Assembly (NCBI GenBank): GCA_002633005.1
Contig: NMRA01000288.1
Location: 260,300-324,299 of the forward strand
Direction: 5' to 3'
Length of the DNA: 64,000 nt
DNA from: Phoronis australis
Taxonomy: Eukaryota > Animalia > Phoronida
Each line of letters opens with the position of its first letter. Within the stretch, counting starts at the first letter, position 1. The notes beneath the pieces were generated by a model. The model saw nothing but the letters and a program-made list of their open reading frames with translations, had not been told where the DNA came from and did no database searches. The position numbers and the translations under genes were made by a program. Of this stretch, positions 1 through 12,800 are shown piece after piece.

Positions 1-201
1 ACATTTCACATGGAATGGAAAAAATAATTCGCTGACCCCCAGCCCCCCTCCTCTCCTCAAATGTTCAGTTTTCAGATTTGTATCAGGCAAAGAACAAACA
101 CGAAGTATGAACATTCGAAAAAATGGAAACCGTTTCGAACTCAGCTAAAAATGATCCACATTGTGTGACAAAGGGATTCTTGGTGCATTTAATGGACGGA
201 G

Positions 202-642
202 AATGACGACGACGACGACGACGACGACGACGATGGTGATGATGATGATGACGTGGATCAAGTGGTGGAGGTTGGGAGGATGATGACGACGACGATGATG
301 GTGATGATGATGATGATGAATGGAGCAAGTGATGCATGAGGGGAGGACGACGACGACGACGAAGGTCGTGGTTTAGAGGGTGAAATGATGGAGGAGAGGG
401 ACGAGTAGGAGGAGATGCAACAGGAGGATGATGACAAAGAGGAGCACGATTATTAGGAGGTGAAGACAGGAGTGCAGGAAGATGACGGTGATGATGAGGA
501 GATTGAAGAGGATGAGNCCATCCTCCCCCTTTCCCTCCGTCCCTCCCTCTTACCCTGCCTCCCCTATCCATCCTACCTCTCTTCCCCCCACCTCTCCCTC
601 CCTCCATCCATCCCTCAATCTCCCCACACACTTTCCTCCCTC
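202..642. repeat. Low-complexity GAC/GAT/GGA trinucleotide tract followed by a C/T-rich tract
   Basis: (GAC)n and (GAT)n runs from 202 to 516, an N at 517, then CCT/CCCT-rich sequence to about 642. Confidence 0.85.
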
Positions 643-788
643 CCTGACACTACATGTACGCTAGAAATATCAAGGTCTCTGTTAAAAATGACATGAGTGT
701 AGCTTTTCTCCTGATATGCAGAAAAGAAACGTATTAATTAGAAACTTCAACAAGAATTTCGATTCGTAAGTCTTTTATTCCTTTTTAG

Positions 789-2656
789 CTCCAGTCCAAA
801 GATGATTTAACCTGCACTCGTGTCCAGTCAGACAAACCAGTTGCCGTCATGTCAGGCAGCAAGCGTACATCTATTGCTAAGACAGGGCGTTCTTCTGATC
901 ACATAGAGGAAATGATTCCGCCGACATTGTCTTGGGGAAAACACTTCATAACGGCACCATTTGCCAAAAGAACTGGCGGTGACATTTTTCGAATATTAGG
1001 TAAGACCTCTCTGCAAGACAATCTACAAAAAAACGAACATCTTGAAACATGTTACCGAGTGATCTCAAAAGGGAACCCATGAAGTCGAATTAATCTCATA
1101 AAGTCATTATTTTTTAAGTTTGTTAGACTGAAACTTCTGTGTTTGAATTATCCGTCTACGAAGTTGTAACCGTTTAAGTCATTTTGTAGTAAACGTTTCT
1201 TCTTTCACTAAATAGACTTAGAATTTATATTTTACACAAAGTTTGTGGCTCATTTTTGGTCACTCTGTGTAATCAACTTGCATTTACAGTTTCTGTCAAC
1301 AACACTGAAGTTCAACTATCGTCAACACTTCACAAAACCAACACAACAGTGAAACTCGGACTTGGAAGGTTTCAACAACTAGATGTGCCCTCCACTGAGT
1401 TCTACTACATATCAGCCTCAGATCCAATATTGGTCGTTCAATATTCCAAAACAGGTACCTATGCAAGATTTCAAAAAACGAATATTCATATCTTATTTCC
1501 AAGCCCGGGCTATGACACAACAAAGACAGGTCTACCTTAACCTGGGAAGAAAATTGGTTATGCTGTAAAAGTTACATTTTTAATGTAGTCGCATGGTTTG
1601 CGTTTCCAGCGCGTCAGTAAAACAAATATGGAGAGTACGTAAGTAACGTGTTACCAGATTATTATTACGGAGTAATGCAGTTCTAGATATTTAATTTCAG
1701 GTAGGGTTGACGGGAAAGCCAGCGATCCTTTTATGACTCTGGTTGTATCCATAGAGCAGTTCTCCAAAGACTACACTTTCGTAACACCGGAAGCCGTATA
1801 TGCGCCATATCAAAACTACGTCGCCATCACTTGCAAAACTGTTGAATGTGGCGAACTTTATTTAGATAGCAAACCGATAACTGGTGCAACTTTTTGGAAA
1901 ACATGGACCTTAATTCACGGACCTCAAGCCTCATTTTCTGTTGGCATCGTTTTGATAAGCCATGGGACTCACACTTTAAGTCACCCTGACCCAACAGTCG
2001 TTTTCGGTATTCAAGTTTACGGACAGGTGATGTTTGAATCTTACGGATTCCCTGGAGGCATGTTCGTAACACCACTGTACAGTGCTTGTGCCCTCACGAG
2101 TGTTGTGGTTAATGATGGATTTGACAACGACTGTGACGGAAAAATAGACGAAGAACTCGCTGATGGCTTGGACAACGACGGCGACGGGAATATAGATGAG
2201 GACACAGCGCAGCAGGCAAATCCGTTATTTATGGCAAGAACTACGACTGTTACATCGTTACTCGCTATGCCTGCACTTACTAAACAACCGTCAATAACGG
2301 ATACACCAAATAATGGATCGAATAACGGTGCTGACGGCGGACTCCCAGCAATTATTGTGGTAGGAACTGTGGTGCCAGGTGTTATAATATTACTGGTCGC
2401 TCCTTTTGCATGCCGCTGTTGTTGCTTGCTTGCCTTAAAACGAAGGCGAAGAGAAAGAAAGAAGGAATCGTCTGAGGCTAACGACGAAGAAGGAATGGGA
2501 AACGGTAATGTACAGAAGACACCAGTCGCCCCAATTTCCCTGTCTAGCAGTGGACAATTCGACCAAGACGACTGGCTGTATTCTCGATCCACGTCGTCAC
2601 GGCAAGGTACAGATAATTTTGTATTGACGACACCAGGAACACCCATGAACATTTAA
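789..2656 (+). CDS. IgGFc-binding-protein N-terminal-domain (FCGBP-like) single-pass membrane protein, 3' exons (5' end not identified, probably upstream of the window)
   Basis: Exons 789-999, 1290-1454 and 1701-2656 are joined by GT-AG introns with matching phases (1,1). Translation ..VQSDKPVAVMSG..DHIEEMIPPTLSWGKHF..SASDPILVVQYSKTG..DPFMTLVVSIEQFSKDYTF..GTHTLSHPD..FGIQVYG..ESYGFPGG matches the IgGFc_binding domain pattern. It is followed by two DNDxDGxIDE repeats, a T-rich stalk, a hydrophobic TM segment, a Cys cluster with a basic stop-transfer, and a tail. Confidence 0.85.
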
Positions 2657-2909
2657 ATTTCACCCCGGCACTAATACCGTCTGACATTATAACAATTAGT
2701 GAAATACAATTATAAACACTTGCATATACATATAGATAAGCCAGCATTCGTCGAAATTCAAAATCTCTTCATTTAGAACCACCGTATAGCACAATAGAAT
2801 ACAACATAAAACAAGTAAGGAATGGAAAATGTGAGGCAATAATTACTATTTACTATTCATACATTTGTCATACGATTGGAAGACTGGCATAGTATAAGTA
2901 CATGTACAT

Positions 2910-3725
2910 ATTATTACGTATTTCTGTCGACTGATTAAATAAATTTGAAGAACAAATATTCAACTCCAGTTATACTGTAAAATGAAAGTTTATCTACCAA
3001 GACACCATTGTCTATTGTGTCAAAGGCTTTTGAAAAGTCTAAAAATGTGGTTGTTGGGTTTATCCCCTTGACAAGATATCGCTAATTCTGTCAGTGAGTT
3101 TGAGTGTAGCAAATTCTGTTGATCGTAATTTTTGAAAACCATATTGATGTCCACATAAGATTTTGTTTGTACTAAGGTTGCCATAAAGCTGGTCATAGGC
3201 AATTTCCAAATAATTCTGAGAAGCAGAAAGTAGAGAGATAGGCCTGTAGTTGTTAATATTGTGTTCATCTAAGTCATTTCCTTTGTGTATAGGCACAACT
3301 TTTCAAATTAGTTGGAAAAATAACCTGTTGATTGATGGTGGTAGACAGTGGTGGAAATGTTGTCAAATCCAGTGCTAGATTTCGATTTGATATTAACCAA
3401 GATCTTTAAAACGTTGTTTTCATCTACTGCTTGAAATTTAATTGGAGAAGATTTCAAATGTAGTGTGCGTTGGACTAGTAATGTCTTAGCTAATGGTGGG
3501 CCAATACTTATAAAGAATTTAAATTCATCAGCTGTTGACGTTTTATCAAATATCTTATCTGTTAGTTTTTTTATATTCTGGTAATTTGGTACAAATTTTA
3601 TTTGTTTTGAAAATACTTTTAACACATTCCATGTCTTACTGGAATCTTGTTTATATTTTTTGAGTGCTTTGTGAAAATAAAGTTTCTTTGCAGTTTGAAT
3701 AATTAATTTCAAAGTTTTATTGTTG
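2910..3725 (-). mobile_element. Degenerate non-LTR retrotransposon (CR1/L2-like LINE) ORF2 reverse-transcriptase fragment
   Basis: Frameshifted minus-strand peptides KKYKQDSSKTW, KSKSSTGFDNIS, PIHKG..NNYRPISLLS, HQYGFQKLRSTE and DFSKAFDTID..LVDKL are canonical LINE RT-region motifs. Confidence 0.85.
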
Positions 3726-4899
3726 TATCGCCGTGAACAAAAGGAATGGGGGGAAACAGATAGACGCACAGTGAACTGGCCGACACTGTGGACCCGCCAG
3801 CTGAGGACGTAAAACGGTACAGGGTTGAAACGCCTGAGGAAGCTGGTAACCATCTGATGACTTCTCACTGTTGGTAGAAGTCAACATCAGGTTCGCGGCT
3901 GCAGAAATAATTATTGGAAACAGAGTTGTCCAAGGGAATCATTTGAGCAGGGCGAAGACAGTCATCATCTAATGATGTCTGGTTACATCAGCAGAAAGCA
4001 CCGTCTGTAAGTACGCGATATAATAGGTACTAAAGTTCCTCTTTCGTTCGTTAAGTAGCTGGTTGGTCAGTCATTCCTGTGCAGTGCAGTGAATCGACCA
4101 AACACGCGAACGCACATGTAGCAGCATGCTTATCACGTTTTCCCACTGAATCGTTTTAGTTTTAGTATCTACCACGGCGGGGGAATAACTGTTTGGGTTA
4201 GCATCCGGTAATCATTTACCGTTCAAGGTTATTTTAGGGTACCTGTAAGGTAGACGTTGACAATGTCTTCGCACAATGCACCAACATATTGAACGTATTT
4301 GGTGTAAGCGATCTTCGAATCTCGGCGATTTGTCCGTTATTTTGTGCATGTAAGCTGACCACGAACTATGGTGAGTGCGAATAAGAGCTCAGTTAACAAA
4401 GTGTGATACAATAGAAAGATCTTCCATTCGAACATCGCCAGATGTTTCCACGCATTGGAGCACTGACCTTCATCGTGAATAGAAAACCTCAAGCACAAAA
4501 GAACATGGCAGCTGGTTTAGATGAGAGTTGACTTCGCCCTGTGCACGTCCTGCAGGTAAACACTCTGAATAGGTTATGCGTGTTGGATCTAATCTGTACC
4601 TGCTCACCAGAGCACTATCACAGACATCAGTGAGGGGTGTGTCCCAAGTTAAAAGAAGAGCTACTCGAGAGCTGACTGAAAAGCCGCGCGAGCCTGTATA
4701 GATACTAATTCCTGTAACAGCTGGGTCTAGCCCAAGATTGTTCATGTGAAAAGTGCCTATACTCTCAGTTATTACCATGGCAAAACTCAGTTCTATAATA
4801 AACCTGAGCACGAAACAACTAGAAACCAATTTTGTAACCGTAAGCCGACTAAATCGACCCATTTCGTGGTCCATGCGAAAGGGCATGAGCTGTCTTTCA

Positions 4900-5103
4900 A
4901 CATCTCTTGTGGCGCTTATTTATAGCCCATCTTACCAGAGATCATTTTCATTTTACCTATTTTTATTCACTATTTATTACTTGTAATTGTATTACTCATA
5001 ATAAATGACCTTACACGGCTTATCACGGTCTCCCTTTCATCTCAAGTAATGAGCTTGTGATGCACTATCATTTATATATTTGGGACATATGTCGATCTTA
5101 AAA
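4900..5103 (+). repeat. Dispersed repeat, copy 1 (possibly the 3' end of an old non-LTR element extending left to about 4200)
   Basis: GGGACATATGTCGATCTTAAAA and the preceding ~200 bp align in reverse complement with 9385-9590 (TTTTAAGATCGACATATGTCCC..GGAGACCGTG..). Confidence 0.6.
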
Positions 5104-6816
5104 GACATGTTTGTTGCAGCCTTCAGATACCAAATACACGTTGGCTATATACTGGTATATTAGATATGTATACTCTATAATTATATAGTACAACAGTTAA
5201 GTTAAATATCTTGCCTCGTTTGGATGGAGAAACAACCAGTGGATGGACACGGGAATATTCAAAATGGGCCACTACCCAGTTGATCAAATTCTGTTGCCAG
5301 ACCCCTACACCAAACAGTCCAACCACGTGAAGAGTGGACTAACTACAAGATCCGTTCCCTGTTGATCAAACCTTGTACGTCCAGTCATAGTAAGACCATG
5401 TTACCAAACACTTTTACTAACACATTTCATCGACATGCTTTGCAAAGTTTAGCATGGCTGCTGAATGTGACTATTGTCTAGGCTGGGATTTAGGTCGTAA
5501 TATTCGGTAATTTGTATGAAAACCACAACGTTGCTTACTCGATCCCAATCATGCGGCTACAATGGTGACGGATAAAACCAACCCTACGACCTCAGTCGAC
5601 AAAATGTACCACAACATATACTGTGACTCACAGCTGACTCGCCAGAGTATTTACGGACATGACTAAGGATTTTTTTGCCAAGCAGATTTACCAAAATGCA
5701 GACATCTGATAAACAAATTACATACATGCACATACCCACGGACGGCAACTACCACCAGTATACCAAATAAGTATAAATAGATGAGGGATACATTACAACA
5801 AATATGACTGCAGTTCATACTTTCATGACAATCACTTTTCACAAAACTACCATCACACCAATTCGCACTGGTCATTCACAAGAATTAAAAAAAAATCCAC
5901 AACCCCTGGTATGTAAGTAGCACACACCTTAGGCGTGAACCTCTGTTTCTAACAACAAAACGTCTGCTGTCGTTTCTAGAAGAGTCTATGGTACATATTT
6001 ACATGATTTACTAGCAACATTCCATCAGTGTTCAGTTACAGAGCGTCTGTGGTCAGTTCACATGATAGCAACAGAGAATGACCCCTCATGCTCAAACACA
6101 CTTTAATGATGACCTCCAAAAACTAATTTGGCCATTATTGACGAACTTCTCCAAACGTAAGAACCCCAATCAAAGAGGTCAACTCTGATTTCAGGACAAC
6201 AGCTGTCATTTTCAGTTCGGCCCTTTCCAAGTTATAATACCATTATTTGCAAACAATTTAAAGAACCGTTCACAATAATCAGCATCCTCACAAGTGTTCC
6301 AAACCTATACTTGAGGGGAAGAAGTTAGAGGCTTAATGCTAGCATACACTGCTGACGTTGTGAAAAGACAAAATTCAATCCTTTACTTACAGCATTTTCA
6401 GATTGCTAAGAATATGATAAAACAATACCACCTTGACTGAAACATTCAAGCACTTTCACAATAGCTAATGTATACATGTACAGTTTACATAAATAAAACT
6501 TGATTTAATGTCAACATATTGTTTCCCTTTGGTGAAAATGGCGATAATTATGAACCATCACCGACTCAATTTGGGATAGCAATATGTCGAGTAGAAGACT
6601 AGTTCGTACAATGTTCAATAGCAAGAAACAAGACTTAAGCATTTAGTAGCAACAGCATAAGAGATTGAATACAAGGCACCCTGAAAAGCGTTACCCTACA
6701 ACGACTAAAGAGGATATGTCAACACGACTTAAATGTCTTCTCCCAATACAAGCATCCTAAATGGCCTGAGAATAAACAAAAGAGCTTCCCAAAACCAGTT
6801 TCTTTCCAGTCGCTGT

Positions 6817-9800
6817 TCACAGCTGCGTATTGCGCACCCCAAGTGGTCTTCTTTTCGACTGAAACAACAGAGGAATATGTTAGTTCTCAACTTTCAAACA
6901 CTATATTTTCACTAGCTGGAACCCATACCCACAATCTTACCCGCATCCCCACCCGTACCCCTCACACTTCCTGGACATAACAAGACAAAGCGCTCTTCTT
7001 TGTTTCACAAATCATCCACAAATGACTAATGACCTGACAATTTACAGAAAGCTTAACACAGGTCACAAAAATGATGTAATGAGAAATGAGGCAGGTCCCT
7101 AGCCTAATTCAAGTTATGCCAAGTTTATAGACTACATACAGTGCCAAGAACATACAGGAGATTTATAAATTAAATGAATATTGCAGTAAGCAGTAGTTTT
7201 ACCTTTCACATGTTTTTCAAATTATTCATGTTCTTCAGCGTTTTTATCGTAATTTCAACAAACCAGCAGAATTTCCAAGAAATTTCTCAACAAAAATTTA
7301 ATAACTACTGCACCAACTGATTTTCTGCCATTTATACCACTGAATCACCAACACAGTGTATTGTCCCCGAATAGTCGAACCAGAGTCACTACCAAGACAA
7401 ATATTATGTCATTTAAATATTTGACAGCTCAATATCCATCCTAAAAGTGGACACCTGACCACGTTCAAACTGCATTTGACAGTGCAGTACAAATTCAAAA
7501 TAAGTCTCTACAGTTGTGAGCTCAAGTTTATCATGGTATACGCAGATTACTTTCTATTCAAAGTTTGTGTTTGATAACCCTTAGATTTGAGCTACAATCT
7601 CAGCACCTAAAAAACTAGAGTAAAACAGAAAACCTCAAAAATAATCTGGAATTCGAGTTTAAAGAATACATCCCAGGTGCTAGTGTGATTAACACAAGGC
7701 CAAAATAAACCACATTCATTGGTTCTGGTCCGCACCAGACTCATTTTGAAATTATGCCATTTTTTGGCTTAAAATAGCATATCTTTTTCTGCATGCACCA
7801 ATTCTGCCATAACATGCAAAATCCCAGTGTCAAAATCCATGCACTTGAAACGCATATGGTCAAAAAAAGTTTTACCTGACGACTAAATTCACAGTATTTC
7901 ATTCCCTCCATCACACTCAGAAACCATGGAATCGTCCAGTTTATTGTAGTTTTCAAACAGAAAAGATGCCAAAATCTTTTCTTGTTTACAACTGGCAAAA
8001 TTTCCCAGCTAATTTTCATTTCCATGATAAGTGTTATTTTTCGACATTTTTCTAATATGGCTCTCGCCATACCTTTAACAAAATTAAATGAGTTTCAACA
8101 AATTTACTTGACTTTTCGAAACTACTGCAGCTGGTAATACTTGTCAGTATTTATTTCAGACAAGGGAGGTGACAAATACCATAAGAAACTAAATATCACC
8201 CAGAGGTGAGTCAGTGGATGGATTGGCCTAAGTTGAGTGCTATGTTCAATGGTGCATGGTTCAACATGCCAACATGCATTTAAGCCTCTAAAATGCTCTA
8301 CATTCCCACATCTAATGCAAATTCAAGGCAGGCATGCACTCATATGCCACTTGACAACCTTTGTAATCACATGCGGTTAAGCTACACTTTCATGTATGTA
8401 CCTTGCAGTCAGGGTCGTGTTTTCCAGCTAACCTAGGCGAGAACCGTCGCTGCTTGGGCGTGTTACCGATCTCAAATGCAATGCTTTTGCCTAGTGCGTT
8501 TTTCTGCAATTGACAAGGCAGCAGAGGTTGAAAAAACATTCCAGTACACTTACTTTGACTCGCCGCTCACCTCTATCCAAGCCTAGAAGACGATTAATCT
8601 AACCTGTCTCACTTGCACATTGCTTGGGTGAAAAATACAATTCAATTACGACTTATCAATGATGACATTTTTTTGCATCTCTGTGTTGTCCTAACTCAAA
8701 TAATAACACTCCCCTACGAACTATTCAGTAATACGTTGCGTAGTACGTATACTATTCTTAATTGCTATACAGAAAATCTAGGGGAGTGTTTCATGAAAAG
8801 TGACTTAAGACTTAGACACAGATTGTCTCCACACAACTATTTCTAAAAAATAATTAAACCTCACTTGTGATAAAGTCCAAAGTCTCCAAGAATATATTCA
8901 TAACTGTTAGTAACAACAATAATTTCTATAAATTATTTCTAGACTGTGGTGCACTTGTAATTACTTACTTCCTAAATCTTTTTTCAGCGATGGTAAAACA
9001 AAATTTCTGTCTTAGTTTTAAGTCACTTTCATGAAACAAACCACAGGCATGCTTTTCAGAAATTCCACAAATACGTCTGAACTGCAAACGAGATGACATT
9101 TCGTAAAGCTGAATGTTCACAGGACTTTTTAGATATGTTTTAAACAAAATTGCTGTATAAGCACCAACACATAAGTTCTGGTTTTACATAAACATTCACT
9201 TGCCATTTTCATTGTCAATGAGGTTTTCAAGTTATAATCTTCCATGTTTGGGTAGACTTGTACTACTTTTTCTCAAGCGTAACCGAATGCATGAATTTTC
9301 GACAAGACTTGTGAAATGAGATTTTATACGTCTTATACAAAACATACGTGAGTTTTTACCTCCTTTTCGGTGCATGGAAACCATTTTTAAGATCGACATA
9401 TGTCCCCGTGATAACTAAACATGCGTTACAAGATAAAAAAGGAGACCGTGGGCTGGCGAAGTAAAGGCCATTAAATATCACAAAAAAGCCACTAGTACAA
9501 AGCATAAGAATTTTTTAAAAAATGTACGCAATAGATAAAATACAAGTCATTGCAAAATGGGCAGTAAGCAGCGCACCAGAGGGATGGGAAATTACATATT
9601 GTGCAGAGGNGAAGGGTAGAGGGTGGGTAAATTTTAAGGTAGGTTTAACTTCAATATTTGTGTTGCTGGCACAAAGAGACTAATTTGAGAACATGCGAGC
9701 TTACAAGGCTAGCAAATAAATTCCTAAGGCCTTTAGGAGCCGTGAGGTGACCAAGCTTGTGGCAATTAGTCGGCTGGAGATACCCATGTTAGTATGACGC

Positions 9801-12800
9801 ATGTAACTCCCAACAACGGAATTTGTGGACCGGTCCAAAAGGTAGTAAGACAAGTCTTGTGCTCACATAAATATGTTTAACGAGTGAAAAACAATTTATG
9901 ATGGACATAGGCGGTGATAATTAAATATGCAGCACAGGCCAGTTTGCAAAGGAGACTGTGATTAGGCAGGTAGTATGACAAAATAGTGGTCTAAAGGATA
10001 AGAATGAAAAATGATAAATACAATATATTATTAAAAAACTTTTAACGACAGGAAACAATATCAAATGGCTCAACTGTTGTGAGTATTCTTTCAATTGTTA
10101 CATATCAGATACCAGTAATCCCAGTGAGTTAACATCCTTACCAGAGAGTCACCGTTCTCAGCATTGGGCGACCTCTGCTCTGACCGTCGACGGGATCTCC
10201 TCCTGGGAGTCACTGGCGTAATGTCATTGCGGGGCTTCTTGAACGGACTTGGCTTCACCTTACCTGGGGTCGGCGGGCCAGGCTTCTGGTAGGACGGGGC
10301 AGGTCGCTTGGCCTGGACACAGAAACAAGTGAAGCCATGAAGAGATCAGAGCCGAGGTCCAATCTCTTTATTTGAAACTTGACTAAAAAACTGACCAGTA
10401 GCATGTTACGCTTAGAGAGTACTTGGAAATTTGTACTGTCTCTAATCTTGAAGCGTGATTGATATCTGAGTTGAGCCTGAGTTCAGATGTTAGAGCCCAG
10501 TGTCTAACCTCTGTCCTTGAAACTTGACTTTTGACCAATCACATGTAACGCTTCAAGTAAATTTACAAATTTGAACTCAAATCATGCAGCTTGATTGGCT
10601 GAATTAATATCTGAGTCTGAGTCGAGTCTGAGTTCAGGAATTAGATCCTGGACTCTTATTTTACTGCACCAGATGACATGTACCAAACATGGCCATGATG
10701 GTTTTCAGGTTGAATTAAAAATAATCACTTAACAGGTCATAATGAGTAAAGCACCGTCAACAGGTAGTATGACAGTAGGCAGGCATTTCAGGTACTGAAG
10801 TCTGATATCAATTGCATGGAGGAAACGTAATGTAATGTCCAGTTTTTAAAACAACAGGCATTTTATAAACATCATAAGAATCATTTCACCCTAGCAAAGA
10901 AAATTTTTAGTTTGATTTGTTTCTGACTAGTTCTGTAGATGGCATCACAGGTTTAATTCCCTAAGTAGAAATTTTGGTTAATTTTGATGAACAGTCATCA
11001 TTTCCTGTGGCCACTTAAGTCAGGTGACCAAACGCATATATCTAGGACACGTTACCTACCGCTCGTTTGCCTTTTGTTGCCGCGCCATTGTCATCAGAGC
11101 TGCTGCTGCTGCTCATCTTAGAATTTGACCCAGCCAGAGACAGTCTTGTCCCCTGAGCTGGTCCTTGGGCCAGAGGATTTCCCTGGGTCTCCACGGCGTA
11201 AGACGTCCTGCAAGCAAAGGAGATCTGAGCATCAGCGCAACGTGGTTATCCGTGTGAAGCAGTGGAGTTGATTAGCGAGAGTAACACTACGAGATAAGCT
11301 CATCATTTCACAGTACACACAATACAATACAATGCAATACAACACAATACAATACCAAAACCAGCACAATACAACACCCTCTACCTTAAATGTGGCAGAC
11401 ATAGTGTATTCCGCCTCTGCAGTTCTCCCAGCCTGCCCCAGTCAAAATCATCAGGTTCGTCCTCGGAGGAGAACACGTTCCCGGCCCCAGCTGTAACGAC
11501 AAGTTTGCACCCACTGACAAACACTAGTCACAAATAAAACACACACAGATAGACATGGATGACTTTTATTCATTTATATAGACTGTATAATTATTTAGAA
11601 TTCAGGATCCAACAGGACTGGGACATGTAGACTGTGTAATTATTTAGAATTCAGGTTCCAACAAGATTGGGACATGTAGACTGTATAATTATTTAGAGTT
11701 CAGGTTCCAACAGAACTGGGACATGTAGACTGTATAATTATTTAGAGTTCAGGTTCCAACAGGACTGGGACATGTAGACTGTATAATTATTTTAGTGTTT
11801 ACAAACAATCATGGTGAAAACTTAATCAAAGTTATACAAATCCTATAAGATTCCTTTCCTTAACTTGTGGGCATCCAGGAAAACTTCGACCGCATTTGAT
11901 CCAAGGAACACAAGTATGCTGAGAACTTTGTGCCGCTTGTACCATTAGCACAAACACGTGCTCAAATTTGTGCACAGATGCATGGACATGTTAAAAGCTT
12001 AGTGAGCCGCAACATGTCAAGAACATTGTCCTGAGAACACTTGCTTGGGTACATCTAACACACAAAGATATCTATGAATGGCTTGTACTGTATTCTTTTT
12101 GAGAACTCGGACAGTTGAACAGGTACTACAATTCAGAAACCTTTAAAACAACTGCGACTCACTTGGGACAGCATTGGAGCGTGTTGGTTCAAACGATGCA
12201 CTGCTCTTACTGATGCTCAGAGCATTACTGAAATGGAAGGAACATACAGACGGATTAATGTGTGCACACAGACACGAAAACAACTTCATGAATTTCCCTC
12301 GAGATTTGCAATTCATTCTCTCCTGATCTCTATTACAGTTTCCTACTATACGTAACTATGATGAATCTAGAAGAATTTCGATGAAATTCATGGATTTATC
12401 TGAAAACTACCATTAGTTATAAACCAGAGAAATTTCTTTCCAATGCAAAGAAAGATCCAATGGGTGTACCATCCAATTTTTCAAAACCTAAAATGGTATT
12501 AGGAAGAACATAATAATTAAGTTTTAAGCATTTTACTAATAAGATAAACAAAGATCAAGAGGTATAATGAAAACATTTTATAATGTTTCAGTGTGAGAAC
12601 GAGCATATTTTCACTTCTAGAATGCAGAGTAAACAAGAGGTTAAAAGCGTTTTACAGGTTTAAGGTAAAATTTGGCAAACCCAGAATATTGCTCCTTAGC
12701 TTGCGCAAAATTCGAATCCAGCGTGTTACTAATTTGGAATATTGAAATTACCAATTCAAAACTTATTGACAACAGTCCATAATATGGACACTATACGGTA

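Noticed and set aside
83-696. ORFs with poly-His/Arg/Ser or poly-Asp/Glu tracts
   Set aside because: They are translations of simple trinucleotide repeats spanning an N, with no splice or domain support.
6941-6970. Possible extra 30-bp NuMA exon (AG..GTAAG on the minus strand)
   Set aside because: In the required phase 0 it reads GAA GTG TGA (stop), and the 8402-to-6858 junction already works. It remains unsupported without RNA data.
11579-11792. CRISPR-like regular array
   Set aside because: The units are contiguous near-identical 49-mers with no unique spacers, in a eukaryotic intron with no cas genes. This is a minisatellite.
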